NCBI GenBank assembly: GCA_965205505.1
Contig: CBDBHB010000008.1
Span: forward strand, 64,001-128,000
Direction: 5' to 3'
Length of the DNA: 64,000 bases
Source of the DNA: Acidobacteriota bacterium
GTDB taxonomy: Bacteria > Acidobacteriota > UBA890 > WLXD01
The position numbers were made by a program, and so were the translations under genes. Below, piece by piece: positions 57,161 through 64,000 of this stretch (its first letter is position 1; each line of letters opens with the position of its first letter). Below the pieces are notes generated by a model that was given only the letters and a program-made list of their open reading frames with translations, had not been told where the DNA came from and made no database searches.

Positions 57161-59391
57161 TGTCCTCCGGTCTCCGTTGGTGAGCGATCGGCGTTGCCGG
57201 GATCGGCGACAACCACCACGACCTTCCCGGCGCTGCGATTCAGCGCCGTGTCAGTCACCTGAACGACCACCGTATGCTCACCGGGAGTAAGGTCTCCGAT
57301 GCTGAATTCAATAGCCTCGATCGCCGAATCGGCAGCACCATCGGCGGGTAATACTGTATGCCAAACTGCACCGTCCACAGAATACCGGAGCTGCCGCAGA
57401 AGCGATGTGGCATCGTGAACGCGGCCGGAAACGCGCACCTCGTCACCATCGATAGTAGCGTTCAACGCATCGAACACTGGCGCCGTGTTGTCGACGGTGA
57501 AGGCTCTTGACGTCGCGCTCCCCGACTTGGCCAAAAGCTGCGGGTTGGACGGGCGATCGCTCGCGGATACGCGCACTGCATACCTGCCGTCGGCCAGGCG
57601 GGCCGTATCGAAGGTGAACTGCGTTGTGTCGAGCTGCTCGGCGAGCGGTTTCCAGGTCGTTTCCTCCTCGCCGCGGAACTCGAGGGTGTATTCGAGCCCG
57701 TCGCCGTTGGGGTCGCTCGCTTCCCATGTGAAGGTGCGCAAGCCGTGCATGTAAAGCGGCCGGCCGAGGAACGGGCGGGCGGCGCTGACGGAGGTCGACG
57801 AATCCATGCTACGAAGCGCCTCGGCCACGGACGGTGGGATCTGCGCGAAGGGCAGGCCATCCTCGAATGCGGCGGTCTGGCGATAGATCACTCCGGCCGG
57901 ATGAACTTGAAGCTCGTCGAGCCTAGGGGGGAGATTACCGGGAACGTAGGCGATCTCGACGCGATACAACGTCGGAGTCCGCCCGCCGTCGGAAGTCACC
58001 AACTCGGCGCGCCACTGCAGGAAGCGCGCCGCCGGCGAGGCAACCCCACTGGCGTTCGTATCGCCCGGCGGCCTCGACCACGCACTCCACGTATCATCAG
58101 GCGTGCCGGTATTGCCGCTGCGCGTGTAGAGCCGCACCGCCGTTCCATCCGGAGTCTCGGCCCGCCAACGGAGCGTTCCCCACGTGGAGGTCGTGCCGGT
58201 GTCCTTGACCTGCGAAAGGTACTCTCCCTGGGCGCGATAGGACGCTTCCAGACAGTGTACACGCCCGATGTTGCTGGTCGCGGCCAACGTCACCGAGCTG
58301 TTTACTCGTACCAACTCCACGACCTGTTCCGCGTCGAGCTGGCTCAGCAACGTCGCGCTTCGATCGGCGCCGACGCGGTAGACGTGCCCACCGGGCCCCG
58401 TGCCCGCAAGCACACCGCCCGGTGCCGTCGCGAGCGCGTAAACACCCTCGCTAGCGCTCTCCCAAACCGTCTGTGCGAACCCGTCCGCATCAAGTCGATA
58501 CACCGCTCCCGATGCCTTGGCCGCCCCGTCTGCGGGAGCAGACAGCGACACACGCCCGCCCAACGGCGCCTCTGCGTCCGAGCCTGCGTTGCCGTCGGCC
58601 GTTCCGAACGCACCGACCCACACCGATCCATCCGCCAGTAATATGTCGGTAATTTCGGGCAACGGGGCATCGTAGAGAACGAACACCTCGCCGGACTCCG
58701 AGATGCGATACACGTAGCCGTTGCCGTCGGTGCCGGCGACAACCCCACCGGCAGCGTCAACCGCGACCGTCGTTACGTTGGGCTCCGCTGTCTCGTACAA
58801 ACGCTCTAGACGGCCGTCCTCGATGCGGACGATGCTTGCGGCGCCGCCGGTAGCGGCGACCAAGCGGCCCCGCGGATCAACGGCCAGATCCCAAACATAC
58901 GCCACGTCGAGCTCGGCCCAGGCCTCCAGCTCGTCGCCCGCGTAGTCGTCGGGTACCCGATATATGGAGCCACGCGGTCCTGCAGCCACGAACAGATGTC
59001 CGTCGGGGGCCCAAGCAATGGCCTGAACGAGTCCCTCGCCAGGGACGGTGAAGAACACCTCGGCCTCGGCATCTGGCCGCACTCGCGTCACACTCCCCTG
59101 TTCGCCCGCGGCGACGAAAACGCTGCCCGCGCCATCGGTCGCAACTCCCCAGATACGCGGCCGATCAGCGTCGAACACTGTGGCGATCGATGGCGCCAGG
59201 CGGAGAGCACCGTCCGCCGCAATCGAAACCCCCAGCGGCTCGCCGGCCGAGAAGTCTTTGGCGCCAGCCTGCAACCACACAGCCGGGCCGCTACCCAGCC
59301 CCGCGCCGGCGATCACCAGTGCAGCCGCAGCAACCCCAGTGGCAGCCCTGCTATGCAAGCTTCCTCCATGTCGGGGCCAGGCACCAAGCAC
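57142..59391 (-). CDS. Secreted beta-propeller plus FN3-like domain protein
   Basis: Signal-like N-terminus, repeated GxxGxVYR/LYD blades, TRSGNTGTPDDTWSAWS, WEASDPNGDGLEY, DGRY.VRV.ASD, VDNTAP. Confidence 0.72.
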   Translation of the reverse strand: MLGAWPRHGGSLHSRAATGVAAAALVIAGAGLGSGPAVWLQAGAKDFSAGEPLGVSIAADGALRLAPSIATVFDADRPRIWGVATDGAGSVFVAAGEQGSVTRVRPDAEAEVFFTVPGEGLVQAIAWAPDGHLFVAAGPRGSIYRVPDDYAGDELEAWAELDVAYVWDLAVDPRGRLVAATGGAASIVRIEDGRLERLYETAEPNVTTVAVDAAGGVVAGTDGNGYVYRISESGEVFVLYDAPLPEITDILLADGSVWVGAFGTADGNAGSDAEAPLGGRVSLSAPADGAAKASGAVYRLDADGFAQTVWESASEGVYALATAPGGVLAGTGPGGHVYRVGADRSATLLSQLDAEQVVELVRVNSSVTLAATSNIGRVHCLEASYRAQGEYLSQVKDTGTTSTWGTLRWRAETPDGTAVRLYTRSGNTGTPDDTWSAWSRPPGDTNASGVASPAARFLQWRAELVTSDGGRTPTLYRVEIAYVPGNLPPRLDELQVHPAGVIYRQTAAFEDGLPFAQIPPSVAEALRSMDSSTSVSAARPFLGRPLYMHGLRTFTWEASDPNGDGLEYTLEFRGEEETTWKPLAEQLDTTQFTFDTARLADGRYAVRVSASDRPSNPQLLAKSGSATSRAFTVDNTAPVFDALNATIDGDEVRVSGRVHDATSLLRQLRYSVDGAVWHTVLPADGAADSAIEAIEFSIGDLTPGEHTVVVQVTDTALNRSAGKVVVVVADPGNADRSPTETGGQWRSRK

Positions 59392-59396
59392 GACGC

Positions 59397-61238
59397 CTAG
59401 CGATTCCGTACTTGCACTTCGATCTGGTGGGAGCCGCTGACCACGTAGTCAACTGGCTGCACGATCTCGAGGATCAGCGCACGATCAAGCCGAACCACGT
59501 CGCCCTTTGCCTGCTCGGAGCTCAACACTTGCAGGACCGAGGGAGGCAACGCCGGCAGCGTCTCTCCGTTCAGCAGCGCTCCCGTGGCGGCGCGCGTCGC
59601 CCGCATGTACAGCCGATCACTGCGGCGGAGATTGTTCAACAACCGAATCACTTGAGCGAGATTCCGCGGTCGGTTGGAACTCTGAATCGCGGCCGCCTCC
59701 CGCTGCTCGATCGACGCGGCATCGCCGACCACGAGCGTCACCGGGCCGGGCGGCGTGCCCGGCGGCACGGTGAACTTCAGCTGCTCGAGAACCTCCGGCC
59801 CCCGAAATGGCTTCAGCGCCACCGTCACCGTCACCGTCTCGCCCGGTCTGACGCTCGCCCGGTCGTACCAAATGCGGCTGATCGTCGCGCTTCTGCGATC
59901 GTGCCGCAGGTTGATGGACAGCTCGATCCCCTGCACCTCGACCGGCTCAAACGCGTTGTCGTAGAGCGCCCCGAATAGACCGGCCAGGGCCGACGACAGC
60001 GACAAGATCGCCTGGTTGGGAGACGAGAACAGGTTGTCGAAACGCACCGGATCGAGCCCGTCACCAAGTTCGATCTGTGCGTCGACCTCAATGGAGCCCT
60101 CGCCGAAGGTACGGTCGAGGCTCTGAATACCGCTGACCAGGCCGAAGAACAGATACAGCGGTGTGATGAGCCGGTCGGCGACGATCTCGAAATCAAGGCG
60201 CTCCGTTCTTCCCGCCGCTTCGATCCGCGTACGCACCGGGACCATCCGCGGCTGTGCGCCGATGATCCCCAGGATCGCGGCTTGCCGGTCCTGCCGAACG
60301 GCACCCACCACCTGATCTCCGGCAACCGCGAGCTTGGAGGAAGCTTGCGAGCTACTGAGCACAGTCACGACCTGCGCCGCGACCATCGGAAAATCGACGT
60401 TGCCCCCGTGCAGGAACGGGTGTCCAAAAGCGAGGAGCCGATCTCCATCGCGATAGGTAACCGTCCCGGAAGCGGTGATGTTGATGTCCCCTCGGACGAG
60501 TTGAACGGCAACCATGCCGCCGGGCTCGAGATTGGCCTCGATCTCCATCGAACCGGCGGTTCCGCCAAGCGTGGGCGTCCACCCGAGCAAATCAAACAGC
60601 GGAGCGAGGCGCCCGACGAGCGTCGGCGCCAATCCCCCGATGGCGATCGGTGTCGAGATCGGCCGTACCCCTTGCATGGCACCGTGTAGCGGCAGCAGCG
60701 CCTCGGCACTGCCCGCGCCGGTCAACAGATCGGCCGCAGCCTGCAAGACAAGCTCCGGCGAGACATCCACTGCCACCGACGTCCCCGGGCCGCCGGATTC
60801 GAGCGCCGACACCTGCAACATTTCTTCGATGGACACGATCCCGGCGACCGCCTCGTGCCCGAAGTTCACCAGCCGATAGGCCACGGCGCCCAGGAGGCGG
60901 CCGTCGATGTACACCGGACTGCCGCTCATCCCAGCCAGCACGCCAGCGTGCTCGAGACCCAGCCCGGTGAGCCGCGCGACGATCAGATCGTGCTTCGGGA
61001 ACACGTTGTGCAGCACACCGAGCACCTCGGCGCTGAAGCTCTCGGGCTCCGTACCACGCACGACCGTATACCCGGTGCCCACCATGCCAACGCGGACCTC
61101 CGAGAAACTCATCAGCTCGGGTGTCGTCGCCGCGCTTGCCTGCGCTCGCGGCGCCGATCCCAGCGCCGGGCCGCCAGCCACGACGGCGAGCGCAAGGGCC
61201 CCGAGAAATGGTCTGAGAAGATGGGCAGATCGGCTCAT
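59397..61238 (-). CDS. SpoIVB-type peptidase S55 domain protein
   Basis: Signal peptide, GYTVVRGT...F..EVLGV, GVLAGMSGSPVYIDGRLLGAVAY, GTVT...AFGHPF, QDR. Confidence 0.85.
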   Translation of the reverse strand: MSRSAHLLRPFLGALALAVVAGGPALGSAPRAQASAATTPELMSFSEVRVGMVGTGYTVVRGTEPESFSAEVLGVLHNVFPKHDLIVARLTGLGLEHAGVLAGMSGSPVYIDGRLLGAVAYRLVNFGHEAVAGIVSIEEMLQVSALESGGPGTSVAVDVSPELVLQAAADLLTGAGSAEALLPLHGAMQGVRPISTPIAIGGLAPTLVGRLAPLFDLLGWTPTLGGTAGSMEIEANLEPGGMVAVQLVRGDINITASGTVTYRDGDRLLAFGHPFLHGGNVDFPMVAAQVVTVLSSSQASSKLAVAGDQVVGAVRQDRQAAILGIIGAQPRMVPVRTRIEAAGRTERLDFEIVADRLITPLYLFFGLVSGIQSLDRTFGEGSIEVDAQIELGDGLDPVRFDNLFSSPNQAILSLSSALAGLFGALYDNAFEPVEVQGIELSINLRHDRRSATISRIWYDRASVRPGETVTVTVALKPFRGPEVLEQLKFTVPPGTPPGPVTLVVGDAASIEQREAAAIQSSNRPRNLAQVIRLLNNLRRSDRLYMRATRAATGALLNGETLPALPPSVLQVLSSEQAKGDVVRLDRALILEIVQPVDYVVSGSHQIEVQVRNR

Positions 61239-61335
61239 GGTGCTCAGAGAAAAGACGCGCCTAGTTTCATGCTAGCAGGGGCCGCTCGCGGCGCACAACG
61301 CGGCCACATTGAGCTGGTTGCGTGCGTCTCGCGAC

Positions 61336-63082
61336 TCAATCGCCCTGCGGCACCCAGCCCGTGTCTCCCATCAGCTTCGGGACGCCGCTGGCGATAACCG
61401 CGGGGCCGTCGCCGTCGAGCGCGTACAGCATCCAGCCGCCATCGGTGTGGCGCAGCAGCGCATCGGCTTTGCCGTCGCCGTTGAAATCGGCGATCGAGAC
61501 AATCTGGAAGCCAAGGTCGGTACTCATGGCGAGCGCCCCTTCGCTCAGGATCGTCCGGCCGTCCAGCGAGTAGAGGAACCAGGTGCCATCCACGTTTCGC
61601 AACAGTGCATCGGCCTTGCCGTCGCCGCTGAAATCGGCGTGTGACTGCAGGGTGAAGTCGGTATCCGCCGAAATCCCCGGGTCGCCCTTCCGACGGACTT
61701 TCGCTCCGTCGAGCAGGTAGAGGAGCCACTTGCCACCGGCATGACGCACCAGCACGTCGGTGAAACCGTCGCCGTCGAAGTCGGCCAAGGCCTGGACGGT
61801 GAACTTCTGGCTCCTGGCGATCTTCGGCTTGTGCAGGGTCGATCCGCCGTCGCTGTCGAGCACGTACAGCAGCCACGTACCGTTGGCGCGTCGCACCAGC
61901 ACGTCGGCGCGGCCGTCGTTGTTGAAGTCGGCGGTGCCCACGAGGTGTGTCGGTCAGGCTGGTGCTCAAGTCGAGGGCAAGCTCCGACTTCACCGTCTGG
62001 GCCTCGAGCAGATAGAGCCGCCAGCGGCCATCGACGGCGTTGCGTAGCAGCACGTCGGCCCGGCCATCGCCGTCGAAATCAGCGGTCGAGATCAACTTGA
62101 AGTCAGCATCGGCGGTGAGGTCGACAGCACCGTCGGAGATCACCTTCCTACCAACCAGGGTCGCCAGGCGCCACCGGCCGGCGGCTACCGTGCCTCCAGC
62201 GATTGCCGTACCTACGGCGCCGGCCGATCCACGCGATGGCGCGGCCATCTCGCGGAGCAACACGTCGGGCTCGCCATCACCGTCGAAGTCGCTGCGCGAG
62301 ACGGTTTTGAACGCCGCATCCCGGGTCAGGCGAACTGACCCCTTCTGCTCGATCTCCACCGCGTCGCCATCGAAGCGGAGCTTGTACGAGAACCAGCGCC
62401 GGTCGCGACTACGGCTCAACAGCACGGAAGGGGTGATCGCCGTCACGTCAGAGGCCGAAAGCGTGGTGAAGACAAGGTTCTCCCGGCGGATCTCGTTCGG
62501 CGCCGTGTAGTTGATCAGCGGCAAATCGGAGAAAACCCCGCCCGCGTTGAAGATCGGAACCGCCGCGATCGCGTCGACCACCGCCATGCCGGAACCTATC
62601 ACTCGGCCGAAGACGGTGAAGCCGCCGTTCTGCCCATCGAGGGCGGACGCGTTGTTGGCCAGGTTGATGAACCACTGGCTGGTGGCGTTGTTCGGGTCGC
62701 CACCCACCTTCGCCATGGCAATGGTTCCCCGCAGGTTGGAGCGGTTGAACTCGTTCACGATCGGTGGAGCCTGCGCCACCTCGCCCGTGATGGCATCGGC
62801 GTTGAAGGTGAATCCCCCACCCTGGATCACGAACCCAGGCACGCTGCGGTGGATAAAGGAGTCGGTGAAATCGCCGTCGGTGACGTACTCGAGGAAGTTG
62901 GCGACGGTCACCGGGGCGACGTCTGGGAACAGCTCGAGCTCGAAGCTACCGAGCGGCGTGTCGACGTGGACGATGGCCACAACGTCTGCCGCTCGCGAGA
63001 TCGGCGCGGCCGCCAGACTCGCGATTACCAGAAGAGAAACCAGGAAGGCTCGCGGCCGGATGGGGTGCCTACGCTTATTCAC
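61336..63082 (-). CDS. Secreted cyclophilin-type PPIase fused to FG-GAP/VCBS repeats; frameshift near 61945
   Basis: Signal peptide; APVTVANF, IHRSVPGFVIQGGG, GTIAMAK, SQWFIN, FTVFGRV; six D-F-x-x-DG-x-x-D-[VA]-L repeats split between ORFs 61244-63082 and 61336-61941. Confidence 0.8.
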
Positions 63083-63287
63083 TCTCGAGCTCTCGTTTTC
63101 AGGGGTGGTTTCGCGTCGTCCGGAGCGGCAGACCCGAGCGCGTCCCGAGATCCGGAGCGTCGGGAGCGGATCGCGCCCTGCTCCGAGGTTACGCTATCGC
63201 CTGGCGCGAGTAACGTGCGCCTTAGCCCGCCAACCCGCACGTTGGCGGCCTTCGAGAGCCCCGTCATCGCGACCCCGCATATACGGG

Positions 63288-64000
63288 CTACATGCGCTCG
63301 GGGAGCGGAATCCCGAGCAGGTGGAGGATCGCGGACAATCGCTTCTGGAAGGCGTAGGCAACCAGAACGCGGAGCGCGCGGTCGTCCTCGTCGTTGGCCT
63401 GCAGGATCGGGTAGCCGTGGTAAAAGCGGCTGAAGTGCTGCGCCAGGGTAAAGGCGTAGCGCGCCAGGCTCGAGATCTCAAGCGAGCTCGCTGTCTGGCT
63501 CAACACCTCCCTGTAGCCGCCCAGGGCAAGCACCAGGCCCCAGAGCTGCCCGTCGTCCGCCTGTAGGCGTGCACCGATAGCGGCGCGATCGATGGGCAGC
63601 GCGCTCTCGTCGCCCCTCAACGCTGCTTCGAGTGCCTCGGACACGTCCGTACCCAGTCGCTCCGAGAGCTTGTCGAAGATTCGCGCCGCGCGCACCGCCG
63701 CATACTGGATATACGGCCCGGTCTCACCCTCGAAGTTCAGTGCCTCGTTGAGGTCAAAGACGATAACCGTGTTCCGCGCGTATCGGAGCAGTAAGTAACG
63801 GGCCGCCCCGATGGCAATCTGGGCGCCGAGAGCTGCCTGCGCATCCGGCGCGAGGTGCTCGTTGCGGCTAGCCACCTCCGCGGTAGCGCGACGCACCAGC
63901 CCATCGAGCAGATCGTCCGCCTTGACCCCGTATCCGCGCCGACCGGACATCTCGATGAATTGCCGATCTTCGCCGCCCGCTCCGGGCTCAGGCGCTACGA
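63288..64000 (-). CDS. argS: Arginine--tRNA ligase, C-terminal part (partial)
   Basis: MSGRRG, GAARY, FEGETGPYIQYA..R, FSRFYH, LGIPLPERM*. Confidence 0.92.
   Translation of the reverse strand, partial: VAPEPGAGGEDRQFIEMSGRRGYGVKADDLLDGLVRRATAEVASRNEHLAPDAQAALGAQIAIGAARYLLLRYARNTVIVFDLNEALNFEGETGPYIQYAAVRAARIFDKLSERLGTDVSEALEAALRGDESALPIDRAAIGARLQADDGQLWGLVLALGGYREVLSQTASSLEISSLARYAFTLAQHFSRFYHGYPILQANDEDDRALRVLVAYAFQKRLSAILHLLGIPLPERM

Noticed and set aside
61260-61280. CTAGCAGG (also near 3367 and 10430) as type B element ends
   Set aside because: Only 8 nt match; one overlaps a likely -10 box and the others lie in coding sequence.
63083-63287. Hairpin-rich spacer between argS and the cyclophilin gene as a riboswitch or element
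   Set aside because: Hairpins exist (e.g. CCGCCAAC/GTTGGCGG) but match neither the module consensus nor any riboswitch I recognise.

Overview
High-GC (roughly two-thirds G+C by eye) bacterial chromosomal segment. The gene complement (DUF6677 plus small membrane partner, SpoIVB-S55 plus beta-propeller pair, ihf-merR-tRNA-Pro-surE) suggests an Acidobacteriota-like genome; this is inference. Most of it is housekeeping: nfuA, apt, surE, der, HU/IHF, thiolase/hbd, miaA, exbBD-tonB, ald, iscS-mnmA, rnc, a divergent pyr cluster with a PyrR attenuator, mutL-recO-mgtE-era-corC-ybeY-HD-phoH, aspS-hisS-birA-valS, rsmA-uppP-ftsK, argS and three tRNAs (Pro-CGG, Pro-GGG, Gly-CCC). The most striking non-genic signal is a family of non-autonomous, (C/T)TAG-bounded elements. 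Two are exactly 279 bp (4029-4307, 35671-35949) and have different 34-bp terminal inverted repeats but the same internal architecture: two inverted copies of a ~103-nt covarying hairpin module around a central UNCG loop. There is also a 170-bp monomer between exbB and exbD, and eroded ends at 4304, 13877-13919 (at the break of a truncated leuA-like gene) and 56662. Four of seven convergent gene junctions carry an element or remnant starting on the TAG stop of the + strand gene. Other oddities: a decayed islet at tRNA-Pro(GGG) with a broken 2OG-Fe dioxygenase, an AT-rich patch inside pyrD, several apparently leaderless genes, and three frameshifts that may be assembly errors. No database searches were possible; product calls rest on recognised motifs.
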